NCBI RefSeq assembly: GCF_964355755.1
Contig: NC_092675.1
Span: forward strand, 2,723,812 to 2,787,811
DNA length: 64,000 nucleotides
Reading direction: 5' to 3'
Source: Antedon mediterranea
Taxonomy: Eukaryota; Animalia; Echinodermata
Shown here: positions 51,029 through 63,300 of the stretch, piece after piece
How positions within the stretch are numbered: the first letter of the stretch is position 1
How the letters are laid out: each line of letters begins with the position of its first letter
The notes under the pieces: model-generated
The model's input: only the letters and a program-made list of their open reading frames with translations
What the model was told of the DNA's origin: nothing
The model's database searches: none
Made by a program: the position numbers and the translations under genes

Positions 51029-53894
51029 TTATAAATGTGATTGTGGATAACCAACTTCAATCACATCTTTGTTTTCTAATTGTTTTATATCTTGATCTGA
51101 GTAACCTATTTCCTTCAGTACGGCAGCAGTATCAAATCCAATCACAGGTTGGCACATATCCCGCACTTTGGCTGGCGTCCGCGAAAGAACTGGTGCTGGT
51201 GCTGGCTCCCGTTCGCCTTTTGTGTTTGTTAGAAACGATTGCCGGTCACGATTATGAGCATGTTGCGGTGCTTCGTCTAAAGATAATACTGGCGTGACGC
51301 ATGCATCGGTACCGTCAAACACCTGACACCACTCTGCTTGCGATTTTTTTGCAAACATGCGAGAAAAGTGACGTTTCATTACGGGCCAATCATCCTGGCT
51401 CTGCTGATCTGGAAAATCATCTTCGTCAATGCCAAGCCCTAATTAAGTGATGTAATGAAAAAAAATAAAAATATCAATATATGGAAAACTCCCACTGAGG
51501 GTGTTAAAGAGTTGCTTTCCAATCAGATTTGAACATAAAGCCTCAGTGGTCTAATGGTGGGGTGCATATAGAGCAGAAGATTCCAGGTTTGAATCTCATT
51601 TGGGGACAACTTTTTCTAATTCTGACAGATCTCCTTCGGCTTAATATACAGATATTCACAACTGTTAGACTACTACAGATTTTATGGTATTGTTCAAGTT
51701 TGATTAGATAACTAGACATTAACACACTCGGCATAGCACTAGATCCAAATTGTATGCACAACAGATCACATTGATACGCCCTCATCTTTTAAACAAAAAA
51801 TAATAATAATTTTGATAAATAATAGTTGATAAATATTTACCTGGCTTTATCTGGCTTAGAACTATAGTATAGTTGTTCTATATTAGCATGGAGTAAAGAA
51901 TCTTTACTCCATGATATTAGGCAGTTTTGGTATATTTTGTTCAGTACACAATACAAACTTTCTGAAATTCTCCTTAATTACTATATATTTACATCAATAT
52001 AAATTTTAAAAAGTTACCTTTCAAAAGTTGTCTATAAAACTGCGGTTCTATTGCTCCAACTGCCATATACTTATTATCAGCTGTTTTATATGTCTCATAA
52101 AATGGTGCACCTGTGTCCAGTAAATTTTCTCCACGTTCTCTGTTCGAAAAACCAAGGTCTCGGGACGTCCACATCCACGATCCTAAATAAGCTGTGCCTT
52201 CAACCTAAAATTGTAACGCAATTCATGTTGTTTTTAATACTAATTTACATATTTGTGTTCATTTGCATATGAAGATGTTCAATTTGTTTGTTATTGTGAT
52301 CAAAGTAAAGTGTTTTTTAAATATATTATTTATTGCCCTCAACTCGAAATTGGGTATAATTAGAACTGAGCACTCTACAGATCCAAGACAGCCATAGTTC
52401 AGCACCTACCATAATCAGCATAGCAGGCTTCCTACTAGCAAGTTTATTGTGCATTATGTACAAAGGCTAACTAAGTCCAATCAGAAGGACAAGGCATTGA
52501 GGTAGCATCATTTTCTTAATGTGTACAATATACAAGCAATATGGCACAGACAGGTCTTGAACCATATCTCTGACAATGAACTGTATATGTTAACCTGATG
52601 TGCTTTACCACTATGTCACGCTCGTTCTTTGTATGCATATGCATTTATCTACCACTCATTGATGCACTTTTTCTTGCCTTGAGTGGTCCCTGGGCTGAAT
52701 CGTCCCACTACCAGTATATGCAATCTTACCATATTAGCATCAACAATCTGACCCTTTCCCGATTTCGCTTTTTCCAACAGAGCCATTACAATCCCAAGGG
52801 AACACATCAATCCTCCACCAGCAAAGTCCGATAATAGATTAATTGGAGCTATAGGATTCTCACCTTTTCTGCCAAGCAGTGACAGGATACCTTGGAAAAA
52901 ATGTAACATTATAACCAATCAGTTCATGAATTGACTTAGTTATATACAGTATATAAACAAGTGTGTGTAACATAGGCTCTCACAGGGCAATCCCTGAACT
53001 TGTGGATATAGGTTGATTCACTACATTTTTTTGGGTGTAATCATAAGCCAGCCAATGAATGACATCTAAAGCTCTGTCTACACTATCAAACTAGTATGAT
53101 GTACCCAAATATGGTAGTAATATGCCAAATTATGGTAGTGATATGACATCATCATGTCCATATTATGGGCACATCACATTTTTTTGTCACATGAAGTTTG
53201 ATAGTGTAGACAGAGCTTTAGATTTTCATATTTGTGTGTAGAGTAATACAATACCTATTACATTCACTTACTGACCTGTTAAAGCAAGGTAGTTGATGTC
53301 ATGGCCAGCCATAGACTTGAATGCACCAGACTGCCCAAAGCCCGTCATTCTTGCATATATTAACTCTGGGTTTTCTTTCATCAATATCTCAGGGCCTAGA
53401 CCCATCCTTTCCATTACACCTGAAAGTTAAAAGAAAAACAATGAATAAATCACTTTATTTAAAATATTTAAAATAGAATAAGACATTAAATGAGAGTTTA
53501 GCTTTGGTTGAATCATTGGAAAGAGATTGCCATACAGCATGGAGTAAATTGAATTGACTGTAGTCATTATGGTAAACTGTATTGTTAAATTGATCTTGCC
53601 AATATGCACTAATTGTGTAAGTAACAATATACTACTCTCATTCATACCAGGTCTGTATGGTTCAATAAGAACATCAGCAGTTTTACAAAGTTTTCTCATC
53701 ACCTCTACACCAGCAGGCATCTTTAGATTCAATGCGATTGAAAACTTTCCCCTTGCTAAACGATCGACAGTCATCATTTCTTTTACACGATCAATACGTA
53801 TTACTTTAGCCCCGAAGTCGCTTAGAATCATCCCTGCAAACGGTGCTGGTGCCAGTCCGGAAAGCTCAATCACTTTGATACCTTTTAATGCCAT
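51029..53894 (-). CDS. AMACR: Alpha-methylacyl-CoA racemase, 382 aa
   Basis: Exons 53894-53648, 53419-53276, 52890-52730, 52204-52018, 51438-51029. Motifs [41 protein letters not shown] (catalytic His), [11 protein letters not shown] (catalytic Asp), [20 protein letters not shown]-terminal SHL is a PTS1-type signal. Confidence 0.96.
53070..53217. mobile_element. MITE family A copy in an AMACR intron
   Basis: Perfect TIRs AGCTCTGTCTACACTATCAAACT / AGTTTGATAGTGTAGACAGAGCT. Confidence 0.85.
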
Positions 53895-54556
53895 TTTAAA
53901 ATTTCTGAAAAGAAACACGAACATTTAAGTTGTTTTTTTTTATCAAAAAAAATTGAATTATGTGCACACTCTTGGCCTAATTTAGTACTAAGCTAGGCCT
54001 ACTGTTGTCCCTAGCTAGCAGCTACAGAGTAGGACTCTAGGGCTAGACCTAGGCCTAGGCTAGTTTTGTTACTTTTTAGGAAATTTATATAGCCTAGCCT
54101 AGGCCTAGGAATAGATATGTATGTTTACTCTTTGGAGTAATAAATCCTAGCTATTTTCTATGAACTAAAGTATGGTAATTACGAATAGGCTTAGTCTAGT
54201 AAATAACATTATAAAACAGTTTACTGTATTACTATTCTAATAAATATTGATAATTGTTTTTTAACAAAAATTTGCAAAACAAAAAACACATTTCTTTCAA
54301 AGTGGGAGGATTTTGTCGTCTGCAATCGTAAATATAAGTATTGTTTAATTAAATTCTTTATTTTGAAATTTTTTTAAGCAGTTTTATTGTTTTAACATAT
54401 AAAAAATGTTAGTATAAATTTAGTATTATTATATTCATTTTTCAATTATACTACCTTATTTGAAGCAATTTATTTTTATGGCCTTTTAAAATTCATTTAT
54501 TATTTACATTCTGACCTCATTTGACATTTGTGGAGCAGAAGAAAAAAAAACACAAC
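53895..54556. promoter_or_regulatory. Putative bidirectional promoter region AMACR/MORF4L1
   Basis: The divergent ATGs are only about 660 bp apart (53894 minus, 54557 plus). An AMACR 5'UTR acceptor at 53905-53907 implies a non-coding first exon within this gap. Confidence 0.6.
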
Positions 54557-57500
54557 ATGGCTCCTCAGAAAGCAAAGTTTGCTGATGGTATTCCAACTAA
54601 ATTTACAGAAGGTTGTTGATTTAATATTATATTAATGTTAATAGTTGAAATGAAATATAAACACGGATATCCGTAGATACTTTTGAATGGTAAAAGTTAA
54701 TAATATGTTTAATTAAGATAAACTCGTGAGTGACAAGACAATGAATATCTCAACATGACAACATGTGTGTTGACGCGGTGTACGGTGCGGCAGTTGCCCT
54801 TTTGGCTTTGGCATGTCTTTGTTATGAAGTCGGTTCGCCCATCATCTGTAGAATGGAAGCAACCTACTTTATTTGGCGCTACTGCTGTTTCGCACGTTAT
54901 ACCTTCGATTTCTCACCTAATTCCTCTTAGTCCTACAATAAATAACATTCTAACACCTGCAGCAGCAAAGTGTTTTCCCTTCTCTTCTGTTCTGTTGCTG
55001 CTGTGTCTTTTAACATGTGTACTGTACATGAATATTTTTGTATATATAAAAAAAAGTACTAGCACTAGTAGTCTAGTACTACAGTAGCTAGTACCTGTAG
55101 AAGGCATAACATAATGATTTTGAATAAGGAATATTTGTTTTTTTACAACAGGTGAACGAGTTTTGTGTTTTCATGGACCACTTTTGTATGAAGCAAAGGT
55201 AATATTTGATAGTCCATTTGGCATTTACAGTATGTTGTAAAAAAACTTATAATAAAAAATTATATTCAGTTGTTACATATTTGGGCATTTATATAAGTTT
55301 ACAACAAGTACTGTAAGTCCACTAAAATTTAAAAAGATTACCGGTATCCATCCCATGGCATATGATAAACATGGATTGGAGAAACCCATTAAGATATAGT
55401 AGTCCTCTGATATACAGTAATCTACCAAACTTATCTGTTTATTGGTAATTTCCCAAGTCAGTGATGTGTAAGTATTATTATGCAAGTGTAGTACTGTTTA
55501 TCCAAATAAATAAATTTCATATTTTCATAATACAGTATATAACATGACAATAAAGTATATCTTTTAAGTTTTAATTGATATGTGTAAATCATTTTTATTT
55601 CTGTTACCAGTGTGTGAAATCTAATGTGAAGGAAAAGACAATCAAGTATTTTATTCATTACAATGGTTGGAACAAGAAGTAAGTGTGCACACTTTAAGAA
55701 TATAATTAACATAGGGTAATTATAAATGTGACATACCATTTGTTTGTGTTTTTAAAAATAGTATTTTTGTTGTTATAAATTTTCAAATTTCTGACAGTTA
55801 ATTACGTTATGTTGTCCTTTTCTAGTTGGGATGAGTGGGTACCTGAAAGCCGAGTATTGAAGTTTAATGACGGAAATATCCAAAGACAAAAAGACCTACT
55901 AGCTGCCCATTTGTAAGTATCAGCAAAAAGATAGCACTATAAATAAGTTTGTTTTTACCATAAACATAGCAGCTCAGTTGTAGCAACAAGCTGCCATATC
56001 CATCAATCAAACTTAGCCAAAAATTAAAAGATTCAAATTTTAATCTCATCCATTTCTGAAAATTCCATTGCTTGCATTAAAAGTTACAGAACAACAATTG
56101 AAAATACATTGCATATTTGATAGATATATACAAACAATTAAAAGCAAACCTATTTACAGTATATTTTACTTATAGATAGTGTAGACATACTTAAGTGTGA
56201 ATTGTGAAAATACAGCCATAGAATATTTGTGTGCAATATATCTCTATTTGATTAATAGTTCATTACTTTACACTAATAGTTTGCCTTCTCAAGATTGCTC
56301 TGGTGTTGTTACACAAGAAATCTAAACTTAACCAACATTCACGACCGATGATTCTCAAAATCTGCCTTTGAATTAATTTAAGATTTTTAAGACTTTTACA
56401 ACTTGCATGTTACAAGTATTGACATTAATTTATTGGATCTTGTAGAAATAAAACAAGAATAGCAAAAGCCAAAGCAGCAAAACAGAAACCAGCAGATCGA
56501 GAAAAGGACCGAGAAAAAGATAAAGAGAAAGCACAAGAAGAAAAAGCATCCAAGAAGGGTAAATACATGGATATATTTCAATTAAATGAATTTATCAATG
56601 TTATAATATGATTGTAGTTCAGTTTGTGTTCTTACGTTATGGATGGAGAAATCGGTCAACTGTGACCATGTTTGGACGTACATCAGTTTCTTGTTTTGTA
56701 TTCACAAAAAAAATATGTATTGATGAAAATTATGATGTTGTATGTATTTAATTGTTAACCAGGAAAGATACCTCGCCTAGTTTAAGGACCATGTGTATAT
56801 GTCTGTGCATAAATTTGTATAACAGTCAAACTTACAAATGCTCTCTCTTATGATTGTTAATTTTACAATATTATTTCAGCCTCACAAACAGAAACATCAA
56901 CAAGCTCAGTAGATGCACCACGAAAAAAGCGGGCAAGACTTGATCCCACGGTTGAATCGGTATTTACATTTTGTCCATTTCATGATAGGTTTTTAGCCTC
57001 TCCAAATTAATTATTATTCATTATTATGATTATTGTAATAGTAGTTTTGACTTTATCTATATTTATAATTTTACTACAGGAAGAGACATTTATAAATAAA
57101 ATTGACATCAAAGTTAAGATACCAGATGAATTGAAACCGATTCTAGTGGATGACTGGGACTTGGTGACAAGACAGAAGCAGGTATGGTAAATTCATCTTT
57201 CTTTGCCTATCATCAGGGAGGTCTCGCAACCTTCCTAAATTTGAACTAGGTGGCTAGGCTTCCTAGGCCTGGTATAAAAGATGAGAAATACAAAATTGCT
57301 ATTTAACGTAATTTATGTTAAATTATTATAATAATGTTATAAAACATGTTCCTTACTAAGCACTACTGAAAAAAACCCAGCAAATATGAAAAGTGACATT
57401 TTAGTCACGTGCAACGCGACTCTACAGCTCACTATGTTGGTCGGTTGGTCGGTAAACACTAACTTGAACATGTGACTGCAGCCATGTATATGGCCTTGTA

Positions 57501-58880
57501 TGTATGTTATCCTGTTTGTAAAGCTCTGTCTACACTATCAAACTTTATGTGACCAAAGAATGTAATGTGCCCAATGGACATGATGATGTCATATCACTAC
57601 CATATTAAAGCATATCACTGCCATATTTGGCCACATCACTACCATATTAAAGCATATCACTACCATATTAAAGCATATCACTACCATATTTGGCCACATC
57701 ACTACCATATAATATTAAAGCATATCACTACCATATTAAAGCATATCACTACCATATTTGGCCACATCACTTGTTTTGTCAATCTAGTCTGATACTGTAG
57801 ACATACCATTTTATGTTAAATTTATAATAAAATAAAATAATAATTTTTTTATTTGATTTGACAGCTGGTGCACCTTCCTGCAAAAACTACCGTGGATCAA
57901 CTTCTGGACGATTACATAAAGCACAAAAAATTAAAGAAGGATCTATCGCCTGCCAAGTAAGTAAAGATTAAACGGACAGCATCTATGAATCAAGAAATTT
58001 CTTGAAGTTTTGCCGTAAGATGCTGTCTGATTTGGCCTTTACAGGCCAATCATCTTGGAATCTTTATGTTTTATTGTAAACTTTATATATTCTATCTTAC
58101 TTTGTTTTAGAGAAAGTGCGATTGTTGAGATAACGCAAGGTATCAAAGAGTATTTTAACACGATGCTTGGAACACAGCTTCTCTATAAATTTGAAAGGCC
58201 TCAATATGCAGATGTATGTAACAGTTTTATATTTTAACTTGTGTATATAGAGCTTTTTAAATGCTTCAAATTTGTATCCAGTTCTCTGTCTTAATAATGA
58301 TAACTTGGACTTCTTCAAATTCCTTTCAGGTACTTTCTAAGCATCCTGATGAGCCAATGACAAAAGTATATGGAGCACATCACTTACTACGTCTATTCGG
58401 TAAGATATATAAACCTTTACATGTTCTTCATCACCTGATATATGAATTAATATTAATGATTAATATTCATTTCTGTTTGCCATAATTAAGACCAATGTAC
58501 ACATATGAGTGGTAACTATAATGGAAAACCGCGTAGCTTGTCCCACATAGAATCTGTATATGCCCGCTCCGTGGTTTGTGTAAACAAGTAAATAGATACT
58601 ACATTTTTGATTTCCGTTAATACCATTTACCAGTTACCATTACTGCTAATCTGTGTAATTTTGCTGTTATGCAACCTCAAAAGTTGAGATTAGTGTAAAT
58701 TTTCTTACAGTGAAAATTGGCAACATGTTGGCCTACACAACCCTTGATGAAAAAAGCGTATCACTGCTTCTCACACACGTGCACGATCTGCTGAAATACC
58801 TGTACAAAAACTCAACGACGTTTTTCCAAGAAAGCGACTATGAAGTTGCACCCCCGGATTATCATCGAAAAGCCTTGTGA
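54557..58880 (+). CDS. MORF4L1: Mortality factor 4-like 1 / MRG15 (chromo-barrel plus MRG domain), about 320 aa
   Basis: Exons 54557-54587, 55152-55198, 55611-55678, 55826-55912, 56446-56558, 56880-56959, 57080-57181, 57865-57956, 58111-58213, 58330-58399, 58711-58880, with a continuous frame. Motifs [80 protein letters not shown]. Confidence 0.96.
57522..57808. mobile_element. MITE family A copy with expanded internal 21-bp tandem array
   Basis: Left TIR, about 8 copies of CATATCACTACCATATT(TGGC/AAAG), degenerate right TIR. Confidence 0.8.
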
Positions 58881-59609
58881 TTTAAAGTTAAAATGAATCA
58901 AATTTTTTGTTTTTTATTTAAGAAATACATTCTATAAATTGTAGTTATAATCATGATTTCTCCCCAGGGCCTTTGCAGCACTGTGAGTCTGTTTAAGCTA
59001 AAATGTTAAATTGTGATATTTTAGCTTAGTTTATATTGTACACCACAATGTTTCTGCTGGAATAGTATTAAACCTTTTTTTACTCTGGTATAAAACTAGT
59101 AGGCCGCTGACACTGTGTTCAATTGTACGCTCATGTCTGCATGGTATGCAAGAAACCAGTTAGGTCATGGTCACTGGTCAATCCATGAAATTGGTTAAAT
59201 TAAGGTGGCCATAAATTAATGACAATAATTAACATGTGACCACTAGATTGGTCTCATCCTGGAGAGAACATTAATACTTTAGAAAAACCACAGAGGTGGA
59301 TATTATTTCATGGAGAAAAAATGATTTGTGTTTTAAGCTTGATTTTGTAATAAACAACCTTCTTTTGCGAATGGTAAACCTTGTAATATAACTTACAGTG
59401 AAAAATAAATTTCTTTTCATTTTGTAAAAAAAGTCTTTATTTTTGTCCAGAAATATTTCTGTTTCATGTTTAGCTTATTCAACTTTTTTACACAACCAAC
59501 AGCGAGCAACTCGTCAATTACAGGATGGATAAGTATTTGATAATTTATTGTGCTTACAAATCAAGTCTCATTTGAGGCTTAGTAAGTGGAGTTGTAACTT
59601 ACTTCACTC

Positions 59610-59685
59610 ACTCTTTCACTAGGTCAGATTTGACCCCCGACCTTGTGATTGAAAAGTCAAGCACGTTAACCACCAAGCTGCTTAT
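59610..59685 (-). mobile_element. Degenerate tRNA-like SINE head
   Basis: The minus strand GCAGCTTGGTGGTTAACGTGCTTGACTTTTCAATCACAAGGTCGGGGGTCAAATCTGACC resembles A-box, anticodon arm and B-box. Similar decayed heads occur at about 51540 (+) and 52545-52622 (-). Confidence 0.45.
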
Positions 59686-59883
59686 AAAACTGCGAGAAGT
59701 TCAAAGAGCTGACGTCCACAGGATGGATGTGGATAAGCCTACATACAACCAAGGATTTAGCATACACCCTCTAAAATATACACATTTCACAGGCTCTTTA
59801 AAAGTGAATGGCTCCAGATAATATAACGTTTATCGGTACAGTAGCATTTAACTGTTTTACCCTGCCTTGTATGAAACCAGTAG

Positions 59884-60378
59884 GTCACTGTTCAATTGTA
59901 CTGTATACACCTATGTCCATATATGGGTATGCAAGGAACCAATAGGTTACTGACACTGTTCAATTGTATACACCCATGTCCATATTTGGTTATGCAATCA
60001 CCCAATAGGTTACGGACACTATTCAATTGTATACACCTATGTCCATATTTGGGTATGCAAGGAACCAATAGGTTACTGAAACTTCAATTGTGTACACCTA
60101 TGTCCATATATGGGTATGCAAGGAACCAATAGGTTACTGAAACTGTTCAATTGTATACACCCATGTCCATATTTGGTTATGCAATGAACCAATAGGTTAC
60201 GGACACTGTTTAATTGTATACACCCATGTCCATATATGGGTATGCCAGGATCCAATAGGTTACGGACACTGTTTAATTGTATACACCCATGTCCATATAT
60301 GGATATGCCAGGATCCAATAGGTCATTAGCACTGTTCAATTGTATACACCCAAATCCATATATGGGTATGCAAGGAAC
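59884..60378 (-). repeat. 63-bp minisatellite (8 copies) derived from the SNAPC3 C-terminus, stop codon and start of the 3'UTR
   Basis: Stop-equivalent positions at 60336, 60273, 60210, 60147, 60084, 60023, 59960, 59892. Confidence 0.92.
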
Positions 60379-63300
60379 TTGCCTTTTTTTTGGCCATCTT
60401 TATCATAATGAAGCATTTTGAAGCAACGTTCACAAAAGAATCCTGGATCAGTTATTATGTGGGTATCCTCTTTGGTAATCCATCTACAATGGAAAAATAC
60501 AGACAGACAGACATCAACAGTCTACAGTACTTAAAAATGTGAATAAAGGGTTTGCGGAAAGTTGTTGTGGTGAGTACTACTTTATTGTACTTAATGTATT
60601 TATTGGATAAAAAAAAAATGGATTTCAATATTATTCATATTATAAAGCAATAATATTCTAATAATACTTGAAAAAAAATTATGATATGAAAGAACAACAT
60701 ATGATAAATGGTAATACATTTACCTTGAGACTCGTTCATTGCAGATCTGACAAATGTTCATATAACGAACACGTTTATATATTACAACTGGGTATGCATT
60801 TAGATCTTGGCAATCTTCATTGTGAAGTAACCTAGGAAAAAACAACAGATTTAGGTACTAAATTCTACACTGGATTCCCCACACTTAGGAACACTATATT
60901 TATTAGAGAGAGACAGAGAGTTTGCACATCTGTTTGTTGTACAAATTGTTGCTATTGCACCAATCCAAACAAATGAGAAATCAACATGTTTTGGGAAGCT
61001 TTACACTACGATTGAAAATTATTACATTTAAATCCAATATGCTAGCCAACAAACACTCAATCAACCACATAACCTCTCGCCATTCTGGCGGAGGTAATAA
61101 TTCTAAATACTGTTTAACTCCTCACCGTATATCTGTAAACATAAAGACATGCTCACAGTCACCCTGATGCTGGTAGAGATAGGGGTAACCAAGGCGTACA
61201 TTTAAATCAGCAATGGTCACTTTATCCATGTTAGCTGTCTTGAATGATTCAGATCCCTCCAAATTGCGTTCCTGGGCCCACTTAATTATGGGTCTTGAAA
61301 TAATAATAGAATTATATTAATGTCTACACTATCAAACTTTATGTGACAAAAAAACGTGATGTGCCCATATATGGACACGATCATGTCATATCACTACCAT
61401 ATTTAGGTATATCACTACCATATTTAGGTATATCACTACCATATTTAGGTATATCACTACCATATTTGGATATATCACTAAAACTCTGTGGCTGTATTCA
61501 CCAATCATACTTAAGTGAGATCCTTTACTATTTCACTCAAGTAAAATATTTAAGGATATTTTTATTCTCTTAGATTAAGACTTTTTAAATTTGAAGTGTA
61601 TTTGCCTTGCTTAAAGGGTCTTTCACGGTTCTGGTCCGACGCCGGCAAATCAAACGTCAATGTTTCGTTTCCACTCGGCTATGCGTATATCAATTGGTGC
61701 ACAGTCGAGAGGAGCGTCGATCTACTAACTTATTTAGAGCCAAAACTGTACTTACTGACTAAGATCAGTACACAAAGCATCACTAAAGTCATTATAAAAA
61801 GTCCCCTCAATAAACAAGAATGATGACTTGAAAAGTGAATCGAATCGAATATCTTGTGGTAGATCAGGGTTTTCACTACATTCATTTGGAACTTGAAGAT
61901 CAGACACACAAACTAAACGATCAAGAAGCACAGATAAATATTGTTCTGGAAGCACAAGAATTTCCCTGTCAACCTAAACAAAATAAATTATAATACACAT
62001 TATAAACAAAATTCAAACAAAATAAAGAAATCATATTCAAGTCAAGAGAAGAAAATAAAATCATGTTTCTCCCACCCAGACAAAATTACAATATTGATAA
62101 TGAAGCAGTAGATAGAGCGAAGAATGTTTTGGCAAATAAAAGTTGAGATTTTTAAAATAATACATGCACAATTTTTTTAAACTATTTTTAGCATAACATT
62201 GTGACATTTTTTTTAGAAAAAATATAAATGATAAATGGTTATCAATTTGTGATGGATTGAATGTTGCACTGTACTTACCTTGCATATAAATTTGACATTT
62301 TTTTCTAGAAAGGCAACAGACACTACTACTTGTGGTTGATCTAAGATGTCAATGTCTTTGTCGGTAGTCTTAGCTCCATGTTTCTAAAAAAAATATAAGT
62401 ATCTGATATGTTTAGCGGGTCAACAGATCATCTCCAAAGCAGAATGCAAGCAATTTAAGGAAGGTGATGGAGATTTTGTTATAGCCTACAGTATAATATA
62501 ATAATATTTTCAACTTACAATGTCAAATCTGTTTTTATGGTAACTTGATACGACACCAAGTGTTCTTTTCATCTTTTCAGCTCTACGAAATCTATATAAA
62601 AGATTAAATAGAAAAGCGAACTTAAACACCCCTTCCCTGCAATTTTGGACGTTTTTTGGAAAATAATACATATATATCACTTTAAAAACATTAAACCATG
62701 TCATTCCTTGTCTTAAATGTACGTTTTATGGTAAATTATGATAAAAAGTGAAAAACAATGCACTACCTAAGTAGCTCGCGGCGATCGACCTCTCGTGGAC
62801 GGTCTTAGGCCTAGCCTAGCTAGGCTTAGTTTTGTAGGCCTAGCTGGTAAACATCGGTAACCTACGAACATCGTACGCTAGCTATATACTTAGCCTGACG
62901 TTGTATAGTTGCTGCATTAATTGTCTTTCTATTTTTGCCAGACTCCGTTGATACAAATTGGGGAAAACCCGGTATTTTCGCTGAAAAGTTAGGAGTCTTC
63001 CATTTGTTTTGGCCTCACGATCGATCGAAAAGTGGGCGAATTACAGGTGAAAAACAAAAATATCAATCCGCGCGCAATGCATTTTGGGATTTATAGCGGG
63101 CCGCTATAATTATTAGAATCGACTTATTTTTCACATTTTTAACCGTTTAAAGACGAAAAAAGTTATCGCAATAAGACCATATAGTATTATTTTTACATCA
63201 AATATAGTTTGTGATCTTAAATTAGATCTAAAAAACGTAGGGAATGGGGCTTTAAATTGTAGCTGATTTTGTCTAGTATGTAAGTGTGTACCCAATAATA

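Noticed and set aside
54755-55087. 110-aa ORF or structured RNA in MORF4L1 intron 1
   Set aside because: No recognisable homology, splice support or convincing H/ACA boxes; the GC content is explained by promoter proximity.
57565-57792. His-rich ORF
   Set aside because: Translation of the 21-bp internal repeat of MITE family A.
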